The notes under the pieces are model-generated. The model made no database searches and had not been told where the DNA came from. It saw nothing but the letters and a program-made list of their open reading frames with translations. A stretch of DNA of 63,779 nucleotides, the filler included, from Octopus bimaculoides (Eukaryota), in assembly GCF_001194135.2 (NCBI RefSeq). It is 5 parts of 5 records of this genome, joined end to end, with 100 filler letters (N's around TTAATTAATTAA, not from the genome) between each part and the next. Parts side by side here need not be neighbours in the genome. Positions count along the whole stretch, not along the records: positions 1 to 20,811 come from NC_068998.1; positions 20,912 to 50,575 come from NC_068988.1; 3 more parts are not named here. One strand, 5' to 3'. Made by a program: the position numbers and the translations under genes. Of this stretch, positions 15,103 through 26,672 are shown piece by piece (position 1 is the first letter of the stretch; every line of letters starts with the position of its first letter).

Positions 15103-15695
15103 GTACGCACACACCCTATATATACATGTGGACTCATTTGTATGTAAATATGTATCTAGCAACACACACACTCATACACAAGCAGACACACACACACACA
15201 TACAATACCCATACACTCCTGTATATGGATATATGAGTGTGTGCCTGTGCAAGAGGCCATGCTTGTGAAAAAAAAATGTGCATATTAAAATTCTAAGTGG
15301 GTGTATAAATAGAGTTTACATCAAAAAGGAACTTAGTGTAAGCTAATAGTCATATTAGCACTCATTAACAATTACACATTAATCAGCGTCTGCAAACAAA
15401 CATTAATAAACACATATCAATAGATAGGTACATTTCCACAATTACGTATAGATGCACAGGCACACACACATAGAACGCCTACACATATGCAGAAAATTTA
15501 AGATATTTGGAATAAGAAAATGTATTTAAATATGTCAGTGTACTGCTATGGAATACTCATACATAACCATAAGCAAAAATATACACGCTCTTAATTATAC
15601 AGATTTATACACACGTATGACATAAGCATCTGTGTGATTTTTTAATAAACACACACATGTGTATACATACATATATACATGTACATATGTATATA

Positions 15696-15786
15696 GCAGC
15701 GGACTCGCGGTCGTAGGATCGCGGTTTCGATTCCCAGACCGGGCGTTGTGAGTGTTTATTGAGCGAAAACACCTAAAGTCCCACCA
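15696..15786 (+). mobile_element. tRNA-derived SINE, family S3 (my label), partial
   Basis: GCAGCGGACTCGCGGTCGTAGGATCGCGGTTTCGATTCCCAGACCGGGCG with B-box-like core; homologous to 46581 and 50676. Confidence 0.85.
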
Positions 15787-16746
15787 TGTCATCATGTCTT
15801 CAGTGCGATGGAATCGTGTGCATCTATAATGTATACTGCGCATGTGTGTATGAACAATGTGTTNNNNNNNNNNNNNNNNNNNNNNNNNNNNNNNNNNNNN
15901 NNNNNNNNNNNNNNNNNNNNNNNNNNNNNNNNNNNNNNNNNNNNNNNNNNNNNNNNNNNNNNNNNNNNNNNNNNNNNNNNNNNNNNNNNNNNNNNNNNNN
16001 NNNNNNNNNNNNNNNNNNNNNNNNNNNNNNNNNNNNNNNNNNNNNNNNNNNNNNNNNNNNNNNNNNNNNNNNNNNNNNNNNNNNNNNNNNNNNNNNNNNN
16101 NNNNNNNNNNNNNNNNNNNNNNNNNNNNNNNNNNNNNNNNNNNNNNNNNNNNNNNNNNNNNNNNNNNNNNNNNNNNNNNNNNNNNNNNNNNNNNNNNNNN
16201 NNNNNNNNNNNNNNNNNNNNNNNNNNNNNNNNNNNNNNNNNNNNNNNNNNNNNNNNNNNNNNNNNNNNNNNNNNNNNNNNNNNNNNNNNNNNNNNNNNNN
16301 NNNNNNNNNNNNNNNNNNNNNNNNNNNNNNNNNNNNNNNNNNNNNNNNNNNNNNNNNNNNNNNNNNNNNNNNNNNNNNNNNNNNNNNNNNNNNNNNNNNN
16401 NNNNNNNNNNNNNNNNNNNNNNNNNNNNNNNNNNNNNNNNNNNNNNNNNNNNNNNNNNNNNNNNNNNNNNNNNNNNNNNNNNNNNNNNNNNNNNNNNNNN
16501 NNNNNNNNNNNNNNNNNNNNNNNNNNNNNNNNNNNNNNNNNNNNNNNNNNNNNNNNNNNNNNNNNNNNNNNNNNNNNNNNNNNNNNNNNACTACACTGAT
16601 GATATTAGAAACGTCGAGATAGACATGGTTAGGGTGTGTACTCGAAGAACATGTAATAGTACATTTATGGTCACTCCTCAGAACACACAAACTGACTATT
16701 ATGATGAAACTGCACCCGCACTGCCGTCGCCCAGCCACCCAGCAGC

Positions 16747-16778
<32 letters not shown>

Positions 16779-17202
16779 CAACAACAACACCATCACCATA
16801 ACCGTCTCTGTCACCACCACCTCTTCGCCGCTGCCACGGCAATGACTAAGCTGCCAAATAATCGCCTATTAATATATATAAGTTCCTTAGATAATATATG
16901 AATACGATTAGTGTTGATTTAGTAATTATTATGCATTGTATTATCAGGGATGGGTATTTAACTGAGATTGTTATGAAAATAGGCATTTAATATGTGTGAG
17001 TGTGTCTATGTGTATGTATCTCCATGTCCACATGCTTCTATATGTTTATATGCGTGTGCGCGATTGTGTGGTGTGTCTGTGTGTGCGTGTGTGTTTGTGT
17101 GTGGTTTTGAGTATTAATGTGCACATCTTTATATATATATACATATATACAATTGTGTGTGTAGATATACATTCATATTTATATATATATAATTGTGTAT
17201 GC

Positions 17203-17234
<32 letters not shown>

Positions 17235-17328
17235 GTATATATGCATGTATGTATATATTCATATATACCTATACACACAAAATATATATACATATATATA
17301 TAAAATATGTTAGTGCATATTTATGTGT

Positions 17329-17423
<95 letters not shown>

Positions 17424-17606
17424 TAGATAGATAGATATACATCTGTATATATTCTTATATATATATGTATATAACATAGGTGTTTGTATATGTGTGCGTG
17501 GGTATGTCTGCGTGCGTGTGTTTATAAACGTTCTATCAGCATATCAACTTCATAGGAAAGGCGGTATATTTAATTACTTTTCCTTTGGTGGCCCAACCTC
17601 TTAAGA

Positions 17607-17637
<31 letters not shown>

Positions 17638-18162
17638 AAAGATACTTCATTTTGTAAACACTACAAGCATTTTACTGTTAAGAACAGAATATACTGCTGC
17701 TCCCAGACTGGAACGGAGATGATGCTGTTACAGTAAGATATCGTGAGTGAGTTGTATCCAAAGCTAGTCCGCTCACATTAATGGGATGATGTCTCTCACA
17801 AAGAGACTCCTATCTCCGGCCTTCCTAGAGCTGTGTCCTATTCGTAATTTCTCTTCTCTTACTACTGCGACCACTCGACATTGGACAAGAACTCTCTCTC
17901 GTACCACCTTTACTTATGAACTATTAACCATATTTCTATCATCGGCCATATAGAATTCAGAAATTTGTTAATGCCCAATCACGAGTTCAAGCCGTTGTCG
18001 CGTTGTGGTGCCGTGTGTGCTTTAATATCCCCATGAGAGTTATACCAGTGGCGCACAAGCTACAGGTAGAATCTCCCATGCTGGAAGGTTAAACGCCATG
18101 GGGCCAGACGCTAGAGACATTCACGGTTCAGTTTAACAAATCGATCGATTGATTCTTTCGAA

Positions 18163-18419
18163 GTATTTCGCCCGGCGTGCTAGCGTTTCTTATTTCTTTA
18201 TTGCCCACAAGGGGCTAAACATAGAGGGGACAAACAAGGACAGGCAAAGGGATTAAGTCGATTACATCGACTCCAGTGCGTAACTGGTACTTAGTTTATC
18301 GATCCCGGATGAAAGGCAAAGTCGATTTCGACGGAATTTGAACTCAGAACGTAACGGCAGACGAAATACTACTATAAGCATTTCGCCCGGTGTGCTAACG
18401 TTTCTGGCAGCTCGCCGCC
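18163..18419 (-). mobile_element. Full-length SINE S1 (CCCTTGTGGGCAATAAAGAAATAA tail) fused to part of a second S1 head
   Basis: Head GGCGGCGAGCTGCCAGAAACGTTAGCAC starts at 18419 and the tail ends at 18190, followed on the minus strand by GAAACGCTAGCACGCCGGGCGAAATAC. Confidence 0.9.
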
Positions 18420-18818
18420 TTTGTATGTCTAAATATTAGAGTAAACATGCATTGTAGAGTGCGCATGAGTATTTGTATTGCTGTATGGGCAGACATGTTA
18501 GTGACGTCACTTCAAATGTTTTTGACGTTTATTTTTTTTTTGATGGGAGGCGGGGTTGGCAAGGTAGGTTTTTGTTCAGGATTTGTCTTGTTTTGTTGGT
18601 AAAGTTTGATTGAGTTTTATGGTATGTACGTGATAAAACCGATCTTTCCAAGCAATTGTGCATATTGTAAACTGTAGCCGTTGGATGGATCCATCAATCT
18701 TATAGTTCAGCCTATGTTTGTACGTTTGAATACATTTAGATAATATATCTGCCTTAGGCCTATCGATATGTGTGTCTACCCTTGTATCTATCTATCTATC
18801 TATCTATCTATACATACA

Positions 18819-18850
<32 letters not shown>

Positions 18851-18918
18851 CATATACATATATAAGAGGATATATTCATACATATGTACAACGAGCTTAT
18901 ATACACACACTTATATAT

Positions 18919-19026
18919 GACGGGCTTATTTCAGTTTCCGTCTCTACCAAATCCATTCACAAGGCTTTGGTCGGCCTGAGGCTATAGTCGAAGACACCTA
19001 CCGAAGGCGTCACGAAGTGGGACTAA

Positions 19027-19028
<2 letters not shown>
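18919..19028 (-). mobile_element. SINE S2 fragment
   Basis: GACGGGCTTATTTCAGTTTCCGTCTCTACCAAATCCATTCACAAGGCTTTGGTCGGCC matches the reverse strand of the S2 body. Confidence 0.8.
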
Positions 19029-19080
<52 letters not shown>

Positions 19081-19412
19081 CTATGTATGTATGTATGCAT
19101 ATCGCACGCGAACGGTATTTCAACTAAGCACTGGGTTTCGATTCCCATAGAGGATTATGTCCATATTTCTATCATGCCCTTTGCCTATGAATGTACTTAA
19201 AATTGTGACCATGCGTATTATATAGCATTAATAGCCATGGGTCATTTCAGCCCACCTCAAAGAACCTTGTGTAATGTAGGGTGTGTTAAGAACGACAAGT
19301 TTACTCCGCTGCCAAGGTTAAGAGGCAACCAAAAATTCTACAAGGTTTGTATGATTCGAAGGGAGGTAAGCAATGACAGTTGGTTCAGTGGTATGTTAAC
19401 TTGTATTAAATG

Positions 19413-19473
19413 AGTGGCGGAAAGTGGCGGAAAGTGGCGGAAAGTGGCGGAAAGCATCGGAAAGTGACGGATA
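19413..19473. repeat. 10-bp minisatellite (AGTGGCGGAA)x4 plus 2 diverged units
   Basis: Seen directly. Confidence 0.9.
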
Positions 19474-19593
19474 GTTTGGGAGTAATTGTTATCGGGGTTG
19501 AACGGTATTCGACAGATACACGCTTCAATTAACGTGAGCTCTTTGTCTCGTCTTATACTTGTGAATGCACTTGACTCTTGATATGTGTATTTG

Positions 19594-19632
<39 letters not shown>

Positions 19633-19758
19633 GTGTGTGTGTGTTCATATAAGTTAATACTCACACGCCTATTATATACGTGTGTCTTTGTGTGCGTGTG
19701 TGTGTGCGTGCGAATTGAAGTATAACAGACATACATACTATGTATGTANNNNNNNNNN

Positions 19759-19809
<51 letters not shown>

Positions 19810-19929
19810 TAAGTGTACATATATAAGTGTGTGTGTGTGAATGTCTGTGTGTATACACACCTCTAAACCCGCATACATACATACAGCCACATATACATAC
19901 ATAAGTAGTAGAAGCAATAGCAGCAGTAT

Positions 19930-19960
<31 letters not shown>

Positions 19961-19996
19961 TATTTGACTAGCAGGCCATAGCCACTACTATTATTG

Positions 19997-20067
<71 letters not shown>

Positions 20068-20811
20068 CGGATGCATTTATTACAACTCTTATCGAAGTGA
20101 GCGATTTATCACTTGGCTATTAAATGTCAACCACACCATTGCTTCCACCTCCCTCAGTACCACCACCACCACCACCACCACCACTACCACATCCCCTACC
20201 GTCTCCGTCATCACCATCACCGCCAACTCCACCACCCCTATCACCCCCCCACCCGAGACTATGACCATCGCCGTCACCCCAAACAACCTCTCCAAACCCA
20301 CCCATCCCCCCACACACCAGCGTTTGCGGAGGACTTGTCACGTGATATGTTCTTAATGGACAATCTCGTCGTCTTTTACGACGAATTTTTACCGATTATT
20401 TGCTTTCACTAAAGTAAAAAAAATAAAATAAATATATAAAACATATAATAAAACAAAAACACAAAACAGCGACAACAACAGCAACAACAAAAGCTTATAA
20501 TGTATAGCGATTGCAACAACAACAAACACAACATTGGCAGCAGTAACAACAACGAGAAGTACAATGATAGCAACAACAACAACAACAACAACGACTCGAA
20601 GGATGACAAGTGCATCGGTGGTTAGCAACAAAGAGGTAGTGGTGATAATTGACCAAGGAACTCCATTTCCTGGCGGTCAATACCTGCCACTGTTTCCTAC
20701 CCCAACCCCAGGTCAACTGCTACACCCCTAATCATGCTACTCTGCTCAGCCATGCGTTTAAGCCATTTCAATTAGTACCGTACGTACAGAGATGAATACA
20801 TACATACATAC

Positions 20812-20911
20812 NNNNNNNNNNNNNNNNNNNNNNNNNNNNNNNNNNNNNNNNNNNNTTAATTAATTAANNNNNNNNNNNNNNNNNNNNNNNNNNNNNNNNN
20901 NNNNNNNNNNN
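20812..20911. other. Artificial scaffold linker N44-TTAATTAATTAA-N44; also at 50576-50675, 53088-53187 and 58679-58778
   Basis: Four identical 100-bp spacers; the 12-mer carries stops in all six frames. Confidence 0.95.
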
Positions 20912-20947
<36 letters not shown>

Positions 20948-20959
20948 TTATGTGTGTTT

Positions 20960-21165
20960 GTCTGTGTTCATCCCCCACCATCATTTGACAACTGATGGTG
21001 GTGTGTTTATGTCCCCATAACTTAGAGGTTTGGCAAAAGAGACCAATAGAATAAGTACTAGGTTTACAAAAAGAATAAATCCTGGAGTTGATTTCTTCAA
21101 CTAAACTCCTTTAAGGTGGTGCCCCAGCATGACTGCAGTCAAATGATTGAGAGTTAAAGAATAAA
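20960..21165 (+). mobile_element. SINE S2-associated tail
   Basis: CCCCACCATCATTTGACAACTGATGGTGGTGTG...GGCAAAAGAGACCAATAGAATAAGTACTAGG...CAGCATGACTGCAGTCAAATGA. Confidence 0.8.
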
Positions 21166-21177
21166 AAAATTCAAACA

Positions 21178-21875
21178 AATTAGAAGCAGCATAAGTGTTA
21201 TAGACATTATCAAACTCACATACACAATATATATGCTTTGCTTGTTTGCTGGTCAGCTGTGATCTGAGGCAATGGAAATGATTCTCTCAAAGTGCTGGGT
21301 GTTAAAATACCTGAAAGTCATCGTCATAGTCAAGTAAGACAACTTATCCTAAGTACTGTTCAGGAGAGGTTGGACATCAATGTTTCACCATTTTTGTGGA
21401 TTATCAACATCATGTACCTGAATAGTCTATCCATGATTTTATATAAAATGGTGTAAAAAGCATCTGCTGGTGTGCCTGAATGATGTGTACATAGGAATTA
21501 ATTCAAATATAAATTAGGAGCGAGAGTGTTGTAGACATTATAGAACACATACACAAAGTATGTACTTTGCATATTCACCAGTTGGCTGTGATTTGATGCA
21601 ATGAAGATGATTCCCTCAAAGTGCTGGGTGTTAGAATACCTGAAAGTCATAGTCATAGACAAGCGAGACCCGTAATGTTGATAAATGACAAAAATGGTGA
21701 AACATCAATGTTCATTGCTCCTGAATGGGATCCGGGGTGAGTTGTCTCGCCTGTCTTCTAATACCCGGCGCTTTGAGAGTGTCATCTCCATTGCTTCAAG
21801 TGACAGCCCACTGGTGAATAAGAAAACATGTACGGTGTGTCTGTGTGCTCGATAATGTTCATAATAAATGTTTAT
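21178..21875. repeat. Unclassified ~170-240 bp unit present as two direct copies and one inverted copy
   Basis: A+B at 21178-21418, A' at 21510-21670, then inverted B and A at 21672-21875; shared core CTCAAAGTGCTGGGTGTTA(A/G)AATACCTGAAAGTCAT. Confidence 0.8.
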
Positions 21876-21921
21876 AATAAAAATGTACTCTACAAAGAGT
21901 ATGAGTAATTTCTTCAGTTTA

Positions 21922-22148
21922 CAGTAATCCTTCGACTATCGCGGGTGTTACGTTCCAAAACCCCCTGCGATGGGTGAAAATCCGCAAAGTACTGTACTGT
22001 ATATTTTAAAAATTATTTTTATAATTTGTATATATTTATTTTATTATAAATACAAAATAACATCATGGAGGAATCGACATAAGCTTAAATAATTAACCGT
22101 GATAGGTGGACCGCGATAGGTGAATTGCAATATGGCGAAGGATTACTG
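21922..22148. mobile_element. Tc1/mariner-superfamily (pogo/Tigger-like) MITE
   Basis: Perfect 13-bp TIRs CAGTAATCCTTCG / CGAAGGATTACTG, flanked by TA at 21920-21 and 22149-50; no ORF. Confidence 0.85.
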
Positions 22149-22439
22149 TAATATTAAATTGCTTTTGTTGTAACTCGACGTAAAAGTAAGCATCAACACA
22201 CACACACACCATTGAAAGTTTACAGAAATAATGAATATTGATTTCTAACATTAGCACATAGCCACAAATTATGAGGGATGGTAGAGTAAATTAAATCTGC
22301 CATAAACTTGGTTGATATTTTATAAACTTTAGAAGGTTGACAGGTCTTGAACTCAAAACGTGATGATGCATAACTAAATATCGTTTTGTGCTCCAATAAT
22401 TCTGTCATATGCTACGCTTATATGTTAATGTAATGTAAT

Positions 22440-22890
22440 TTTTATTTTTTCATTGGTGTAGTTTGAAAGACAGTCTGTGCCCATTGCCATGGCAGTCCCT
22501 TTGAGATCAAAGAGATAAAAGCAGTGGCAACTTGAAACATGCCATTTGAAAGCTGCAAGAAAAATATGGACAGGGGAGAGAATTCTAGAGAGCTGACGTT
22601 TTAAGTATGGAAGACTGACCATAGGTAAGTAGGGAGCTTGGGGTGGGTTGTAGACACAACATGGATGATGAACAGAGGAGAAATGAGTTAGGAGTGCCTG
22701 AGTGGCAGTGATTCTAGATCAGCCAGGTAGTGGATTAGAGCCAACTATACCTATAGCAGAGTAAGAGGAAACAGCATTCCGATTATCAGTCGTGTTGCAT
22801 GAATTTAAGGGTTGTAAAAGAGTCAATATGGGAAAAGCGATGTTATTGAATAATTAAGTAAAGGTTGACATAGTTAATGCACAGAACATT
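22440..22890 (-). mobile_element. Possible very degenerate CR1/Jockey-like LINE endonuclease-region remnant
   Basis: Weak translated resemblance only (…WL*STT…, …IFLAAFKW…). Confidence 0.25.
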
Positions 22891-23363
22891 AAATATAAAT
22901 AAAAAATATTCTGAGAAAAAATGTGATTAAAATTTCAGTTTCTGATGATGACAATTTTGGGATATTATTTTGGCCAGTTCAAATATATTTGAGTGCGTTT
23001 TAACCACGACTATCCTATGATTATAGTGGAAATTTGACAGAAAATTTCGATTTAAATATATGCTTGCTCTTTCATCAAACTTTATGGATTTGTGGGGGAA
23101 AATTTGGCTGTTAAATACGATTACTTCCTCGTCCGCTCATCTTATTACTAAATAGTAAGATATGTTGCGTTGTTGAGTATTTAAGGCAGCATCTCACAAT
23201 AGTTGTCTCCCCTACATCACTTTAAAATATTTTGGAAAATTGCTCTTTTGCACGTTAAATATGCCTATTTTGTCATAGATAACAGAGTTTTTCTCTCTCA
23301 CTGTGTATAAGTTGTTGTTTGTATTCTTCATTCAAAGATCAACACAAAAAGCACTATGCACAG

Positions 23364-26300
23364 TGTAATATGGGGAACTGTAATATGAGGATCAAAGTTC
23401 ACCTACCTCTGTGTCGACTGTCCGGTTGGGTTAAATTCGAGAATCGCCCTACTCGTCTGACCTATCGCTAGAACCTACGGTAATTCCCTTTCCAGCTCGC
23501 ACGTCTACACGCGCCCGTCCGCTGCCCGAGGCCAAAGAGGCCCACGCTAGTCCTACTTTCGCCCACGTCCTAACTTACTCTTCCTCTTCTGGTAGGATCC
23601 CTCAACCATTGACGCCACTGATCCTTTCCTTCCGGTTCACCTCCTCCTCACACACCCCACTGATCTCAAAGATCACCTCCTCACTCCACTCCATGTCGAT
23701 CTGCCATCCACTCGCTTCCTCTCCTCCACCTTCGTCGTCCGACGAAGCAACAATTCTGCGAACATCCAAGACGTGACGCGGCATGACATCTACAGAGACA
23801 TTGTTTTGGAATTAATAGCCGTCACTGTCCATCTGTTCCATTGAGATGTGCAGCGTGCCCTTGGACGATTGATCCAGACTTCATCTATCTGCACCATGGC
23901 AGGCTCTCTCTCTCTCTTTCACAGGGTGTTGTAATGTTGTCCTTGGATACCACCATTCATACCTGAATATCGCTCTGTGTGACATGGACTTCTCGGCCTG
24001 TCCTGATCAGAGTAATATATTGTACCAAAATACCGCTTCCAGTGATGAAATGCGTCCCCTCTATGCCATGGCATTGATCGTGCGACGGCGTCTTTCCACG
24101 ATCCCATTTCCACTTGGCCTGTATGTCGCTCTGAAGAAGCGGTTCACATTCCACTTATTGAACATCTCCTTCAGCATCTCCGAACAAAATGCAGTACTGT
24201 TGTCCATCAGCAATTCGTCCACAGGGCCTCGCTCCAGGAATATCTAGTTCAGGATACGTGCAACTTCATCTGCAGTGCCCGTCTTCATTTCTCTCCATAT
24301 CGCCATCCAATCGGGTTCACAATCAACCATTGAGAAATATGTCTCCTGCCGGTAGTGTGTCACACTCACCGGCAAATCATCTCCAGTTGTACTCTACTGA
24401 GATGTTTCCTGGCTCGTGCACGCTCGGAGCAGGATCGATGGATTGACACTTATTACAGCTTCCGACCACCTTTTGAATGTTCTGCCTAGTAACGTTGGCG
24501 TCAACTTTCCTGGTAAGACACAGGGTTCTATCCACGCCCATATGAGTTCGGAGTCAGCTAGCCAGTACACTGCAGCTAAGCCCCACTTCGAGTCTTCCAG
24601 CACTGCCAACCAAGCCTTTTTTCACCCTGATTAGAACGTCTGCCTTATTCCCGAAACCCAGCCTAGTCAAACAATATGTCTGGTCCTTATATCTCACCAG
24701 CTGATACTTCCACAATTTCTTGCTCACGTGGAGTTGCAGATATGCTGGCTTCAAGTCGACAATTGTTGCCTCCCTTGTCACCCGTCTCCATTCTCGCAAT
24801 ATGTCACTTCACCACTCGTGTGGCACAATACATGGCCATTCAGCTCTCGAAAGTCCATTACTGGCTTGACGCTGCCCTTCGTTGGCTGCACCACTGCCAT
24901 TAGTGGCTGCACCACTGCCATTAGTGGCTGCACCACTGCCATTAGTGGCTGCACTCCGCCCTTCACTTCCTCCTTCCACGAGATTAGAGTACTCTCCTTG
25001 ATACATTTCTCTTCTTCTCCTTCAAACTCACCCCTAGCATCTCCTTTCAAGGTATGCTGATAATAGCTTAGCCTTTTCCTCAACGTCGGGGCTCCCCTTT
25101 CCAGCGCCACTCAACCGTCTACCGCGGACATCGCCTGAAAGTCTTTATCTTCAATGGTGTAAACAGTACAATCTTCCCAGGGGCTCTGTCCCCTCTCTTA
25201 CTGCAGACTTACAGCGCATGATGCCCCTGCACCACCAAATGAAACTATATCACTTCTGACACTAACATCCTAGGTGGTTGATCGCGTCCATGCCCATCAC
25301 CACATCAATTCCATCTACCACATCGTCGATCGCAAGTACCCGCAGCATCAGTGTTGTGCCCAGCACCACCATCTCCACTTCGCTGCTACACTTACATCCG
25401 TCGACCACCCTGACACTGTTCGTCCCCTTCCACTTTTTTTCACCTTTGGGGTCACGAGAGACATTGTACAATCCGTATCCACGAGGGCTTTGAACGCCTT
25501 TTCTCCAACCAGGACTTCAACTATGGGCAGCGACTGCCCGAGAGCCTCTACTTGCTCGCGGGGCAAATTTGAGAGGTAGCAACTTTCCTGTGGCCTTTTC
25601 CCTGGTTCCACTTTTGAGCGATATGCCCTGTCTGCCTGCACCAGTAGCAAACGGGTTCGGGTTTCGTCTCCACACGGTCCCTTGCCATATGAGGTCTCTG
25701 GCACTTGAAACACCGGCCCATAAACAGTCACTGCCGCTCTACAGCAGTTTTTCTCTCTTCATTCTTCGTCGATCGTCGCATGACATCGTGGACTTCCGCA
25801 GCTTCCATTGTCACTGCATTCCGCTCGATGTTCTGCGTCGACATGCGGGCTTTAGCGACGAGTTCACTCATCGCCATTTTTTCGCTGTCCGGCAGTTGTT
25901 GGACCTGCACCGATACGTCGTCAGGAAAATCATTTTCGAAAGCCAACCGAGCCGACTTTTCTAGATCCTCTCTAGCAAAACCAGATAGCATGGCCAGCAG
26001 TCTCCGAACCTCCGCTGAATACACGTCCACTTGTTACCCTGTCCACCTGACCTTTCCTAGCTTGGTGAACGCAGCGTACGATCTTTCCGTAAAGGCTTCC
26101 TTTAGGCGCTGTTCAATCTCCGCGTCAAGCTAGTCTGTTTCATCCATTTCGAAGTACAGTGCTAATGCGTTTCCCTCCAGATACAGAGCCATGAGACCTG
26201 TTATATCTTCAATGCTTTGCAGCCTGGTCACCACCTTGATCTTACGGATCCAGGCGATCACATTTCCGTCGCAACAGAACGGTCTGATGGCATCGTTGCC

Positions 26301-26672
26301 GATCCTTATTTTCGTGGAAGGGGATAAAAACAAAAGAAAAAAAAATATATGTACGAGTGCCGAAATAGCTTGTAGTATGGGGAACTGTAATATGAGGAAC
26401 AAAGTGCGATTCACCTACTTCTCAGTATCGACTGTCCAGCTGGGTTAAACCGGAGACGCACCCTTCCGTCTGACCTCTCGCTAGAACCTACGCTAATTCT
26501 CTTTCTAGCTCACACATCTACACATGTCCGTCCACTCCTATTGCCCAAGGCCAAAGAGACCTACGCTGGTCCTATTCCGCCCACGTCCTCACTCACTTTT
26601 TCTCTTTCAGAAGGAACCCTCAGCCACTGACGTCACTGACCCTTTCCTTCCGGTTCACCTCATCCCCATACA
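23364..26672 (-). mobile_element. Internally deleted Ty3/Gypsy LTR retrotransposon (gag, protease, partial RT, partial integrase)
   Basis: ~290-300 bp LTRs at 23364-23654 and 26371-26672; 5-bp TSD CACAG (23359-63, 26673-77); purine tract next to the 3' LTR. Gag LMALYLEGNALALY...DVYSAEVRRL; Zn knuckle CYWCRQTGH; protease ALVDTDCT; RT VMDFRELN, DLKPAYLQLHV...YCLTRLGFG; integrase ELLMDNSTAF, YRPSGNGIVER. Confidence 0.92.
24883..24954. repeat. 21-bp tandem repeat x3.4 inside the Gypsy RT (in-frame VQPLMAV repeats)
   Basis: TGGCTGCACCACTGCCATTAG repeated. Confidence 0.95.

Larger units (their letters stand above)
1..20811. repeat. Microsatellite-saturated block: (TA)n, (CA)n, (TACA)n, (TAGA)n and mixed triplet arrays, with several N gaps
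   Basis: Seen directly, e.g. (TA)n 1-26, (TG)n 1615-1677, (TAGA)n 2775-2836 and 9915-9982, (TACA)n 12300-12372, (TA)n 17353-17421, mixed CAT/CAC/GAT triplets 8100-9174. Confidence 0.97.

Noticed and set aside
20856-20867. TTAATTAATTAA as a homeodomain site or conserved element
   Set aside because: It is centred identically in four N88 spacers, so it is an assembly linker.
21178-21875. CRISPR-like or array-type system
   Set aside because: Eukaryotic context; the repeats are long, diverged and partly inverted, with no repeat-spacer regularity.
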